Shown: piece by piece, positions 38,124 through 51,355 of the stretch
How the letters are laid out: each line of letters opens with the position of its first letter
How positions within the stretch are numbered: the first letter of the stretch is position 1
Assembly (NCBI RefSeq): GCF_001194135.2
Contig: NC_068997.1
Coordinates: 33,826,965-33,890,964 of the forward strand
DNA: 64,000 bases
Reading direction: 5' to 3'
Origin: Octopus bimaculoides
Taxonomy: Eukaryota
The notes under the pieces: model-generated
What the model saw: the letters and a program-made list of their open reading frames with translations, nothing else
Told to the model about the DNA's origin: nothing
Databases searched by the model: none
Translations under genes and position numbers: made by a program

Positions 38124-39007
38124 CTCGCTTATAGATAAATGAGCCTCTCCAAACTCACTAGATGAATACAGTAGGGCCTCCACAGTACACTTTGTTAGGG
38201 GATTTAGCACTGCAATAGTATGTTTATACATACAGCCAAAGTAATCTACACGAATATTTGATCTGCAAAAATAGGAGTTACATCTCCATCAAATCAAACC
38301 CTGTTGACACAACCCCTCCAAAAAACGTAATAAGTTATTACATAATGTAGCCCTCGATACACTATGTAAAACCAAGAAGGATAATCGCCAAATATTTTTG
38401 ATCAGAGCTAGCCTGGCGGTAAAGAACAAACACATGCGTTTAAAGATAATGTAGTAAAATGGGTTGCAGATAGAGAATGTTTAACGTATTAGTAAACGTC
38501 ATTAACATAGCAAATAGCAAAATACCAGCGGGCAAAACAACAAATCAAAGTGGGAACTGAGTGTGAGGTTAAAGGGTTAATAAATTCACAGGTAGCGAAC
38601 AGTGGCAGTACAAGTTGAAACGGAGGAGAAAATTTCAATTATAATTCTTGATTGAAGATTCATTGAAATTTGCCCGCGAACAAAGCTTTGCACTAGCGTG
38701 AGTATAGAGTACAATATGATAAAAAAAAAGTAGGACGGCCAGTAATTTTACATGAACGTATGCATGTACAGTGATACCAACATACACACACACACGCACA
38801 CACGCACACGCACGCACATACACACACGCACACACACACACACACACATACACACACGCACGCATGCATACACATGTGTACACATGCACAGGTAAGTGTA
38901 CCTATATGATATAGACTCAGAGGCGCTCTTCGAAGCTGCAGGCAGAAAAGACAAATTATTCAGCATAAAACCATCAAAGAAGAAATACGCGCGCGCACAC
39001 ACATGCA

Positions 39008-39008
<1 letters not shown>

Positions 39009-39073
<65 letters not shown>
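39009..39073. repeat. (ATCT)n microsatellite
   Basis: Direct reading; also 52672-52780. Confidence 0.95.
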
Positions 39074-39075
<2 letters not shown>

Positions 39076-39365
39076 GAAATGAAACGAAATACAGAGTTGC
39101 CAGTGGCATAAATCTGAACAAAGATGAATAAAGGCATATTACATAATATACAACATAAATTCTTGTTTATTTAATTATCTCTGCGTTCACAGAAGGTAGT
39201 ACAATCGCTTGGTGGCGATTGGTGCCAAATGTAAATGAAGAGAAGGGAGAGGTAGTCACAAGAACCATGAATCGCCTTTATGATTCCATCGAGAAATTGA
39301 GAATTAAAGTCAAACTAAAGCACGCACGCACGCACGCACATGCACGCACGCACGCACACGCACAC

Positions 39366-39451
<86 letters not shown>

Positions 39452-39479
39452 ACACACACAGACACACACACACGATTGA

Positions 39480-40569
39480 CTTGTCTGTGACAAAAATACT
39501 CCATTACTATAGACCTCGTCTATAGAATTTATATTCTTTCCGTCCAAATGATTTTGAAGACTGGAATAAATGATAATCAGATGGGGCAATGTCCGGCGAA
39601 TATGATGCGTGGGGCATCGTTTCCCACTTAAACTGTTCCAGCCTTTGGAATGTCATCCTCGCTGTAGGTGGTCGAGCATTATCCAGGTAGAAGAACACCT
39701 TTCGTCTTGAAACCAAAGATGGTCGTTTTTCTACTAGCGCTGACTTAAGCCGCTCAAGCTGCTCGCAGTAGATCTCCTTTGTTATCGTTTTGGTTTGGGT
39801 TCAAAAGTTCAAAGTGGACTAAACCTTTCATATCACACCAAACAGATATTCACAGATATTCACCCACCTTACGTGGGTGAATACCGTCTTTAGTTTGGGG
39901 TGCCGGTGTTTCTCTTTTCCCTACCCACTGTCTTCGGCACTTGACAGTTTTATAGAGAACCCATTTCCTGTCACCAGTCACTATTCGGTCCCAAAAAGGT
40001 TCATTCGTGAGACATGACAGCAACGAAGAGCACACATTCACTCTCGGCGCGCGATTAGACTCAGAAAATTTGTGAGAAACCCATTGACTCAATTTGCTGA
40101 CTTTTCCGATGGCACACAGGTGTCGATGAAAAGTTGAATGACCAAATTCAAGCTTCTCTGCTAGATCCTCAACAGCTAACAGCTACGATGGGATTTTATT
40201 CCACCAGAGTTTGCAGAACAACCTCTTCGAGCTCTACAGATCTTTCAGGACGAGGCTCGTCTTCTAGGCTGTAGTTTCCGGCTTGGAATTTCTGGAACCA
40301 CCGTTGACACACGCTTACGCTTATTGTTCGGTCCCCTTTTACTGCATTAATATTCCTCGCACATTCCATTAGGTTATTGCTTTTATTGAACTCATAAAGC
40401 AAAATATATGTTCCTTTGTCACGTCTTTTGGAAAAATAACTGTTCAAATCGGACTGCACTCTTCAAAACTTGCAGCACTACCTGCTTTTATAGCAAGTTA
40501 ATGCAGGTAGTTTATCCGATTTTTAGTTCATGCAATTGAAAAAACTGTATTATTTATGGGATGACCTAA
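39480..40569 (-). mobile_element. mariner DNA transposon relic (3' end lost)
   Basis: CQRWFQKFQAGNYSLEDEPRP; WVSHK..DRIVTGDRKWVLY; LDNARP..YSPDIAPSDYHLF; one TIR TTAGGTCATCCCATAAATAA next to TA at 40570-40571. Confidence 0.9.
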
Positions 40570-40623
40570 TACATACATACATACATACATACATACATAC
40601 ATACATACATACACACACACACA

Positions 40624-40657
<34 letters not shown>

Positions 40658-40658
<1 letters not shown>

Positions 40659-41403
40659 GAGGGGGTACCCAAAAGAAACCGGAATTTTGCAATATTTTAT
40701 TCCCTGAGTATTACATGCTTACACTTTTATCGCCTTCAAAGTATTCTGCATTTGGAGCAATGTTTTGGTCCAGCCGCGTTTTTTACTATTCGAAGCAGTG
40801 CTGGATCTCTTGCGAAGTGATGCCTTTTAACGCCTCTGTTGTCTTTTCTTTAACTTTTTCACATCTCCTAATTCCGTAGCACCAGTGATAATCCTCGAAA
40901 AATGGTCCAGATCAACTTGCAATTATTCTTTCAGTTCATGAAACGCATTCAGTCTTGACTGCTTCTGATCTTCTGTGAGCAAGCGTGGCACAAATTTTGC
41001 TGCAACTCTTTTCATTCGCAATTCATCGCTCAAAATTCCTTCGTAGGAGCTCCAGGACGCACCAGTCATATCAACGCGTTCGTCAATTGTTCAGTGACGG
41101 TCCTCCAAAGTTAGTTCATGAATTTTGATGATGTTTTCATTAGTTCGGGAGGTCGACGGACGTCCGCAGAATTGCACGAAAGCATGACAGGTTTCTTCGT
41201 TTCAGCCATCGCGAAAATCGATGAACAAGGGAGGAGCGCTGCAAAACAAAATGCACCACGTGGCAGAATGAATAAACCCGAAGCCGCCGGTCGGCAGACT
41301 GATGCCTAAGGGACGCATCAAGTGGCTTCCAGCGGCAGAAACCTGAACTACAACAGGCTTGTCCCACGGAGAACGTTTCCGGTTACTTTTGGGTACCCTC
41401 TCG
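40658..41403 (-). mobile_element. Internally deleted mariner (irritans-like) with both TIRs
   Basis: TIRs CGAGGGGGTACCCAAAAGAAACCGGAA and its near-perfect inverse (2 mismatches) at 41377-41403, followed by TA; remnants GRPSTSRTNENI..RVAAKFVPRLLTEDQK..IITG. Confidence 0.88.
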
Positions 41404-41405
41404 TA

Positions 41406-41519
<114 letters not shown>

Positions 41520-42042
41520 TGTGTATGTGTATATATGGGCACTATCGTAATATAGGGTTTTAACTTGTATCCAGAAACAGGGTCCTTTTTATTGTTTCCA
41601 CTATGATACTACATATGTTTGGTATGTTTTAAAGCTACTGAAGATGTAGCGACTACGTTGTTTCTGACTTTTAGTCTTCATTTCTTTTATTTTTCTAGCA
41701 TTTGCTTCTCTGTATATTAAACTAATTTGCAGTTTCTGTGAAACCATTTCCTTTCTGAAGTTGATTTAATATGATAATATTCATTAAAAATTCTATTATT
41801 TAATCTTGCAAATAATTAACAACATTATATAAAAATAATATATAAAAATATATAAAAATAATACTAGCTGAAGCGTTAGTTAAGAGCGTGATGTATTTTA
41901 TGGAAGAAGACGTGAAATGAAAGGAAATGAAAATTTGAAAGTGATGTCCCCCTCCTCTCTCTTTTCCTCTTTCCTTCCCTCCCTCTCTACCTCTTCTTTC
42001 TCTCCCTTTCTCTCTCCCTTTATCTCTCTCTCTCTCGCTCTT

Positions 42043-42086
<44 letters not shown>

Positions 42087-42096
42087 NNNNNNNNNN

Positions 42097-42141
<45 letters not shown>

Positions 42142-42164
42142 TCTGTCTCTGTCTTGACAACGCA

Positions 42165-42390
42165 TGGTTTAGTGGCAAAGGTATTTCAGCTCATGGTGGT
42201 GCATTGAACAAGACACTTTATTTCACATTGCTCCAGTCCACTCAGCTGACAAGAATGAGCTGTATCTGTAATTCAAAGGGCCACTCTTGTCACATTCAAT
42301 GTCACGGTGAATCTCTTTGTAGAGTGCTCAGCCACTTGCAAGTTAATTTCACGAGCAGGCTGATCCGTCGATCGGATAAACTGTGGTAAC
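42165..42390 (+). mobile_element. SINE family C-related, deleted copy
   Basis: Shares ctgtaattcaaaggg..gagtgctcagccacttgca..ttcacgagcaggctg with 53910-54050, and aagacactttatttcac with 46445-46500. Confidence 0.7.
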
Positions 42391-42675
42391 CGATGAAGAG
42401 CCGGTTATATATAATGAAGTGAATAATATTCGACCGAAACCAAAGCCATGTTAAGGTGAAACCTTGCAAACCGAGGGGCAACTTTATATGAACATTATTT
42501 TACAGATATAGTACGTTTCATTCTTTCTCATTCCTTACTTCTGTAGTTCATACAAGGTAAGTCTATTTCTGTTATGTTATTTGCATTCGCCGTGTGTATT
42601 TTAATAGTATTTTGTGATTTTAGAGTAATGGCCTTGTTTATAGCAAGTGGTATTTTAACACTCTAATTGAATTCT

Positions 42676-42707
<32 letters not shown>

Positions 42708-42882
42708 NNNNNNNNNNNNNNNNNNNNNNNNNNNNNNNNNNNNNNNNNNNNNNNNNNNNNNNNNNNNNNNNNNNNNNNNNNNNNNNNNNNNNNNNNNNNN
42801 NNNNNNNNNNNNNNNNNNNNNNNNNNNNNNNNNNNNNNNNNNNNNNNNNNNNNNNNNNNNNNNNNNNNNNNNNNNNNNNNNN

Positions 42883-42921
<39 letters not shown>

Positions 42922-43899
42922 CACATCCCGCTTCTCATTTATGTATTACATGAAAGTTCAGTCTTTGCTGGTGCCTCTACACCATTCTATATATGCATGC
43001 ATTTACACGGAGACTGACTATGCTCATACATGCATACCATGATAGACATACCCTCACATATAAACATACATATGCAGTTGGACAGACGCAGACACACATA
43101 ACTCACATGCCCCACTAAGATATACATTTGGACCTATCCAATCTTAATTTACATTTGAAGATCCTTAATAGCTTTCCGGCGTTATATATATTTCTCCTTT
43201 CAATTTTAAGCGTTTCAGTAACCCTACATCTTGACATCTTAGGTCTCTGAAGTTCATCCACCTCTTGTTCGACTGTCAAAAATCTGGCTCTCCTACTTCA
43301 CGTTTATTTCCGAATCTGTCAAAAATCTGTTCCTACCCACTTCATGTTCATTTCCGAATAAAATATTTCTCTGTTTTCCTCTTTGTTTATTTTATTTGTG
43401 TAGTATACAACCAGTGACGTACAGAAGCATGTTAGTTTCCGGAGATTTAGGTTTGATTCGCAGTTATAGCAATTTCATTTCTTACAAATTTACATGGAAT
43501 GGCGTGGGCATTAAAACTGTTGGCTTCTACTATCCGATGTAAAATAAATTCATCGGCCAATGATGTATACTTGTAATTGTGAAAGATTAAACCACTACTG
43601 GATAAAGCAAGAATTTACAACGTGATTTCACTTTGCATTTGGACTCCGTTTAATTTGCATCTCTGAAGCAAATGGGGAAAAATTAAGGAACCAAACCACA
43701 ATTTTCTATTTATGCACAAAGTAAAATATTCTTTTATGAAATAAAACTTTCACATCCAAGAAGGCAAGACAATGGGTGTAGTTGGAGGGAGATGGGCTGA
43801 AAGAGCCACGCCACCATGCAGGGCTAATTCGTGCAGAGGCAATCTTTAACCCAATTAAAATAAACAAAGAAACAGGGTTCAGCACACCGAACGTTGGGG

Positions 43900-45230
43900 T
43901 TCAAAAGAATCTTATCGGAGAGCAGCTGGTACTTTGTTAACATGTTGTTCTTAAACTATCGGACGATGTCTGACACCGATTTCACCAAGATGTAGCATCA
44001 CTGCAATTCTCATTTTAGATGAGAGTCTTGCCGCATTGGAACGTTGTCTAACCTCCACCAACTCAAGCTGCTACAAAAAAACCTCCAGTGTCCAAATCCT
44101 GTTCGACAATATAATGGGGTGGCAGCATACCAATGGAAGCAGCCAATTCTGAGATGTTGCTTGCAGACGTGGAGCCCAAGCCTCAATGAATTGCCAATTC
44201 AGAGAAAGTCTTTATCTAGCTGGGTGTCAGTCGATCGTAAGGGTGCACTCTATAGAGCAAAGAGGTGGGGCTAAACACACACTAGTCAATGTAAGTGAAC
44301 TGAATTAACAAGTGTATCCAAGATTCTGTGAGGTTGTGGAGAAATGCAATGATGAGAGTATATCAAGAAGCCTTGATGACAGATCCGCTAGCAGCTCTAA
44401 ATTAGCGGAGACTGAAAGACAGTAGTTTGTTGTCATTTGGTATCGTCAAACTAGACGTTACACTATTTCCTTGGCTCTACAACTGACAAAACTTTTATGT
44501 GCAGTGAGACAGGTGTTGCGAAAGGTGAACCACAATTTCAGCATAGCAAAGCAGAGAAAGAAAGCTGGAGATGCGCCAATCAAACACAGTCTACCCATGA
44601 GCGTTTTGGAGCAAGTGGAGCTCGATTCAACGGTCAAATGGACAGGAAGTGGAAAGATCGGTGAACTAAGGGTGATGCCGCCTTTCTTTGGGTTACTTGC
44701 ATCTGGTGAAGTGCTGACTCTGACGATGATATCGAAACTGTCTGCGTCAACGTAAGACATTTATAGTCATAGATTTGGTCAAGTTAATCTGAGCACCATT
44801 ATTAACAAAGCAAGGATTGATTAATGGAGATCATAACAGTATTAGTAGGTCTACCAGCAGATCCACTAAATACTAGATACTCAATAGTGCTGTGATACTG
44901 CAGGCAATGTCGTCCACGCCAAGTGCAAAGGGAAAAGGTGTAGGGATCATTCTGTTAGATGCCAGTGGAAGAAGATGTATTGCAAAAGCCGAGAGACATG
45001 CTTGTTGATTCAAAAGATAAGTAGGCCATTGAAGAGACAGACAGGACTCAGGTAAGGTGGACTTCGAACATGGGATCTCGATGCATGGAGTTGAAGGCAT
45101 TCTTTACTAAGCTTCACTAAAGTGTCACCGGGAATCTATCGATTAGGGATGGAACGGGAAGTCTTTAACTAATTATCTCGCACTTGCGACACCGACATCC
45201 GAGTTGTACAGAAGTTCACTTATCCTCCCA
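43900..45230. mobile_element. Possible degenerate CRE-clade RLE retrotransposon fragments
   Basis: Minus strand 44800-45230 has KNAFNSMHRDPMF..STGI.QNDP (CRE-like RT); plus strand has weak LNELPI and DVTLFPW matches. Confidence 0.3.
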
Positions 45231-45418
45231 GCTGACAGACAATGGACTTAAAAATGACTTTCACTGCAATATTTCTGAGAAAAAAGAACGTTGCCCATAG
45301 CTTTGGCGAATATGGCACTTTTCTTCTCCCTCGGGAGAATCAAGTTTGCATATGTGCATACATTCATGTGTTAACACAAATATACAAGAAAGTCTGTCTG
45401 TCTGTCTGTATGTGTGTG

Positions 45419-45467
<49 letters not shown>

Positions 45468-45791
45468 CTATGTATGTATGTATGTACGTCACACACACAC
45501 ATACACACATACAATTGCGACATTCACATGAATGAAGGTAGCGATACTTTTATTTGTTCATCTAATCGAGATATTGAAGTACCACTGAGTTTGCCAGCTC
45601 GCTGCCCTGTTTACCTCTATATATTGTAAAGTCGGACGTTGGACTGAACTGTCATCAGAAAAATAGATAATTTGCGGTAAAAATCTCTTATTCCCACTTG
45701 TTTACCTAATGCAATCTAGGCTAATATTTTCACTGGTTTATCTATAGGATTTTAAGCCAATATTTGACAGAGAACCAAACACTCCAATTAG

Positions 45792-45903
45792 TCTTTGATT
45801 GTTTCCATCTACCAAATCAATTCACAAGGTTTTGGTCGGCTCGATGCCATAGTAGAAGACACTTGCCCAAAGTTCAACGCAGTGGGATTGAACCTGGAAC
45901 CAT
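45792..45903 (-). mobile_element. SINE family B, head fragment
   Basis: ccaaatcaattcacaaggttttggtcggc..acacttgcccaa..gaacctggaaccat. Confidence 0.7.
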
Positions 45904-46263
45904 AGAAACAGGAATAAGAATGTCAATCGTCCAGACAATGTATGTTTGTCCAGGGGATGACTTTAAACAACATCTGGTAGAGGAACTCTGCTTCGTGAGT
46001 TCCAGGGTTTTGACGAGTGTGGAACCACCACTCAGCCACAATTGTACCCGGGTCTAGTCTGACCTAGAGTAGTAGCATCTGTCAGGGTCTCAGTTATAAC
46101 CTCGGTTGTTATTTGGGCGGACAGTAATACCAGAGCGAGTGAGGGGTCTCTCCCTGTTGTCAGACCATCCTTCTAAGACAAGAACAAACTGATGCAAAAC
46201 CTGCAGTTTCGCATAATTTCTGGTCACCTTGCTTCGGTTTGCCACTAGGTACTAATTATGGAG

Positions 46264-46302
<39 letters not shown>

Positions 46303-46347
46303 CACTCGTGTTGTACACGCGTTTATAACTAAAATTCAATAATACTA

Positions 46348-46394
<47 letters not shown>

Positions 46395-46414
46395 CTACAT
46401 ATTTGGGAAGGCGC

Positions 46415-46519
46415 AGGCTCGGCGGCGCAGGCTCGGCGGCGTGTTGTGTCCTTGAGCAAGACACTTTATTTCACGTTGCTCAAGTCCACTCAACTGGCAA
46501 AAATAAGTAGCACCTGTAT
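46415..46519 (+). mobile_element. SINE C-related fragment (runs into gap)
   Basis: gtgtccttgagcaagacactttatttcacgttgctc core. Confidence 0.6.
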
Positions 46520-46853
46520 NNNNNNNNNNNNNNNNNNNNNNNNNNNNNNNNNNNNNNNNNNNNNNNNNNNNNNNNNNNNNNNNNNNNNNNNNNNNNNNNN
46601 NNNNNNNNNNNNNNNNNNNNNNNNNNNNNNNNNNNNNNNNNNNNNNNNNNNNNNNNNNNNNNNNNNNNNNNNNNNNNNNNNNNNNNNNNNNNNNNNNNNN
46701 NNNNNNNNNNNNNNNNNNNNNNNNNNNNNNNNNNNNNNNNNNNNNNNNNNNNNNNNNNNNNNNNNNNNNNNNNNNNNNNNNNNNNNNNNNNNNNNNNNNN
46801 NNNNNNNNNNNNNNNNNNNNNNNNNNNNNNNNNNNNNNNNNNNNNNNNNNNNN

Positions 46854-46888
<35 letters not shown>

Positions 46889-47320
46889 GATATTATTATC
46901 AGTAAAATAATAATATAAGTTAGCAAGCATAAAATAACCAAAAGGTTAAAAATATTAATTTATAATTAAAGTTCATGCTAGAATCACAGTAAATCCCTTA
47001 TATGAATTCCAGGAAAACGAGTTTATAAAAAGCCATCTTAACAATAGAGAGTAAAAATCGCAAATAAATTGCTGACGTACTCATATCACGTGATTTGGAA
47101 CCCTGCGATAAACACTTAGTCTCTGTCAGTGAGTACTACTGCCAAGGGCTAAAATACTCACGTCATCAAGTGTGTATTAACCATATGAACGCAGCGGCAA
47201 TTTCAAACTGATCGAAGTGTATAAGATTATAAAAATATATAAAGATATAATTAATAAAATAATAATATAAGTGGCTAGCAAGCATAAAAGAACCGAAAAG
47301 GTAAAATTATATATATGTGC

Positions 47321-47367
<47 letters not shown>

Positions 47368-48199
47368 CGTGTATGTGTTTATGTGTGCATACATGGGTAA
47401 ATGGGAAACAAACTTTTCAAATATGATATATTAAAGATACGACTATGTTCCAGTTTCATATTTTTAAGCGTTTTCCCTATTTTCTTATTAATCCTTTATA
47501 TTTAATGCACATGCAATTATACTTCTTATGTGCATACATATATGACACTCATGCATTAGTCCGTTAACGTTTTAAAAACTTCTTGGCATCATTATCAGCA
47601 TGAAATGATGGTAATGATAGCATGTTGTTCGTGCACTTTGGAGTAAGTTGTGAAGGATTATGAGCATAGTGTTGTAATTGATAAAATCATCAACGTCTAA
47701 AGACCATAGAACAGTCTTGGTAAAGTTCAAATATTATTTTCCATGAGTTTACCATAGTTATTCCTGCACTTTTTGAGGGATTCTGTATGGAATTGTATTT
47801 CTGTCAACTCAGTTTTGCGAGATATTCAACCAGCAAAGATCTCGCGATTACAAGAGTAGATAATGTCATTCGACTTCGATAGACAACCAACTGAATAAAC
47901 ATCAAGACACGTCCAACACAGGTAGAGCTATGTCAATAGTCACGCAACGAACTACAAATTTAACTCTTAAGCAGAACCAGCTGTTGATTCCTGGCAAAAG
48001 AACGGACGTCATTGACTTTAGTATCCGTCACGTGACCAGTAAAAAGGCACTTAACACCTCTGAACATCTTGAAAGTCATTCCATTTCTAGTATTTCAAAC
48101 TCACCGACAAACAAAGGGTTTGTATGCGTGCGTGTGTATACCTGGTCGGAGCCCCAACATGACCGCAGTCTAATGACTGAAACAAGTAAAAGGATATAC

Positions 48200-48270
<71 letters not shown>

Positions 48271-48325
48271 CATACACATGCATACATATATATGTGTATG
48301 TCTGTGTGTGAGAGTGTATGTATGA

Positions 48326-48400
<75 letters not shown>

Positions 48401-48460
48401 CATGTATTTGTGTACATACATATATATAGATATACATGTGTACATACATATACATAAACA

Positions 48461-48817
48461 TTTTATTTGTTTCAGCCATTGGATTGCGGCCATACTGGGG
48501 CACCACTTTGAAGCGTTAGCTCAACCAGCATGATACTTATTCTATTGGTGCCTTTTACCGAACTTTAAACACACCAATACCTGTAACAAAACGGTGGTGG
48601 GGGGCCAAACACAAACACGGAGACACACATAAATGATATGTACACATACACACACTCGCACACACACTCCCGAACCCGCCTCCCCACACACGACGGGGTT
48701 CTTTCAGTTTCCGCCTACCAAATCCATTCATAAGGCTTCAGTCGGCCCGAGGCTATAGCAGTGTGAGACTGAACCCGGAACCATGTGGTTGAGAAAGTAA
48801 CTTAACTCACAGTCACG
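48461..48817 (-). mobile_element. SINE family B, internally deleted
   Basis: Tail and head both present. Confidence 0.8.
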
Positions 48818-48991
48818 TTTTACTAATATATATAGACATACATACACACATACATACATACATACATACATACATACGTACGTACATACATACATACATA
48901 CACACATGTGTGTGACTCACCCCAGACACAATAAAATATGCTTCAACACACGAATTCATATAAGGAATCTTACAAACCAAATACAAAAGCG

Positions 48992-49038
<47 letters not shown>

Positions 49039-49692
49039 CATACATACATACATATAAATATGCATATACAAGCACACAAACATACATATATACATACATG
49101 CATGCATATATATAAGTACATATTACGCATATATACCTACAAACATACACACATGCGCGCACACACACACATACAAATATACAAAATCCGATATAGGCTT
49201 TTGTGTATGTGTTTGTATGTTCGTGTGTGTATATTTGTCTGTATGTGTTTGTGTATGTCTGTGCGTGACCAGAGCATGTTGGAGTACATAAGCGTGCATA
49301 TATATTTCCGAGTGACTCATGTCTATATGTATAGGATTGCAGATTTATACACACGAGATTTTCATGCCGACAGGGTTCTAGGTGGGTCAGTTGACATTGG
49401 CCAACGGTTTTTCAGGGAACTCTTCTCGCCGAATAGAGGCAAAGCAATGTCGCTCTAGTTCTTTTGTTACCTTTCGTTACTTGTAAATATATCATGTACA
49501 CGACATGTACATTTATATACTTGTAACCCATTCAAAAAGTCGCGTGTGTTTGGCACTTCTTACTGAAATATTTGACAAGGGTCTACATGTCCCATCTGGC
49601 CTGGGCCTGTTGCTTGCTTTTTACATAGGTCTGTGTGTATCAGTGACACTGGCATGAAGAACATTACGCCTGCTCTGCTGTTTCACTATCTG

Positions 49693-49901
49693 TTTTACTC
49701 GTTTCTGTCATTAGACTGCGGCCATGCTGAGGCACCGCCTTGAAAAGTTTTTTGGTTGAATGAATCAACCCTAATAATTTTTTTAAAGTCCAGTACGTAT
49801 TCTATTGTTCCTACATGCCGAACCGCTAAGTAACGGGTAATAAACACACCACCACCAGTTGTCAAGCGGTGGTGGGGAACAAACATAACAATAACGACGC
49901 G

Positions 49902-49950
<49 letters not shown>

Positions 49951-50108
49951 CGGACTTCTTTCAATTTCCTTTTACTAGATTCACTCACATGGCTTTAGTT
50001 GGCCCGAGGCTATAGTAGGAGAAACTTGCCCAAGATGTCACGCACTAGGACTGAACCCGGAACCATGTGGTTCGGAAGCAAACTTGTTACCACACAGCCA
50101 CGCCTGCC
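49693..50108 (-). mobile_element. SINE family B, full
   Basis: A-box TGGCTGTGTGG, B-box GGTTCAGTCC, internal (CA)n, tail. Confidence 0.88.
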
Positions 50109-50959
50109 TAGATTATTTTTATATATTCAGTCGACCAAAATCTTGGAATTCATCGGATTTTATTGGAAGTTATCGGAGTTTAGCAGAACGCAATGTTATC
50201 AGTCAGAAATATCCGAAAGTGTTTCAATTCTGTGGAAGGCTGATTGACTGCTTCTTATAGAATGGGTTAGCTATCAGCTGCATTTCCATATCACCATTCA
50301 TATGATCGTTGAGTCTAATCATTTACAAGTCATGATTTCTTATTCAAACTACTTAACCATCAATGTCTTCACAATAAATGCACATAAAAACATACTTAAC
50401 CTCGTCATAGTTAATTGTAAACAACATATTAACGTATGTGCAGTCAAGCAAGCTCAAACGATACACGCACAGTTATTCACATACACACGCTCGTATACAT
50501 ACAGATTCCTAATCATATATAAACGCAAATATATACATTCATGCATGAATAAACAGATAGATACATAGTTAAACAGATAAACAGATAGACAATAGAATAA
50601 TAGTGTACAGAACGGGCAGTCCGATAAATGGTTACATGTATGTATAAATAAAGGAAACGAACTCCTTCCGAAGATATATTTATATGTATGTGTACATATA
50701 TGTGTGAGATGTCTGTCTATCTGTCTATCTATCTATCTATGTACGTGTGCTGTGTGTATATACTGTTATTTATTGATATGCGTATAATTTTTATGGTATA
50801 CATATTTTTCAGTTTTTTTCATTTAAGAGATAGTCCGTTCATTATCATCTTTGTTATAATAAATTTGCCTTTTCGTTTAGTTATGTAATCAGTGTCATAC
50901 ATTCTCGAAACTGGATAATAATGATGATTTCTGCTTTATGCATAAAAACCAACAATATT

Positions 50960-51173
50960 CTTTTCTACTCTAGGCACAAGGCCCGAAATTTTGGGGGAGG
51001 GGCCAGTCGATCAGATCGACCTCAGTACGCAACTGGTACTTAATTTATCGACCCCGAAAAGATGAAAAGCAAAGTCGACCGCGGCGGACTTTGAACTCAG
51101 AACGTAACGGCAGACGAAATACCGCTAAGCATTTCGCCCGGTGTGCTAACGTTTCTGCCAGCTCGCCGCCTTA
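50960..51173 (-). mobile_element. SINE family A, full length with 15-bp TSD
   Basis: aaaaccaacaatatt at 50945-50959 and 51175-51189. Confidence 0.92.
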
Positions 51174-51204
51174 CAAAACCAACAATATTGAAAAGAAAGG
51201 TGTC

Positions 51205-51355
51205 AGTCAACTACATTGAGCTCAGTACTCGACTGGTACTTATTTTATCGACTCTTAAAGAATGAAGGACAAAGTTGACCTCGATGGAAATTGAACTCAG
51301 AACATAAAAAGAGACAGAATAAATGCTGCAAAGCATTTTATCCAATGCTCACGAC
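51205..51355 (-). mobile_element. SINE family A, older copy
   Basis: Diverged core directly adjacent to the previous copy. Confidence 0.6.

Noticed and set aside
44372-44445. ttgatga-hairpin-gaaa with a further stem-loop, resembling a full hammerhead
   Set aside because: Helix II closing pair is mismatched, there is no U16.1/NUH triplet and no helix I; probably chance
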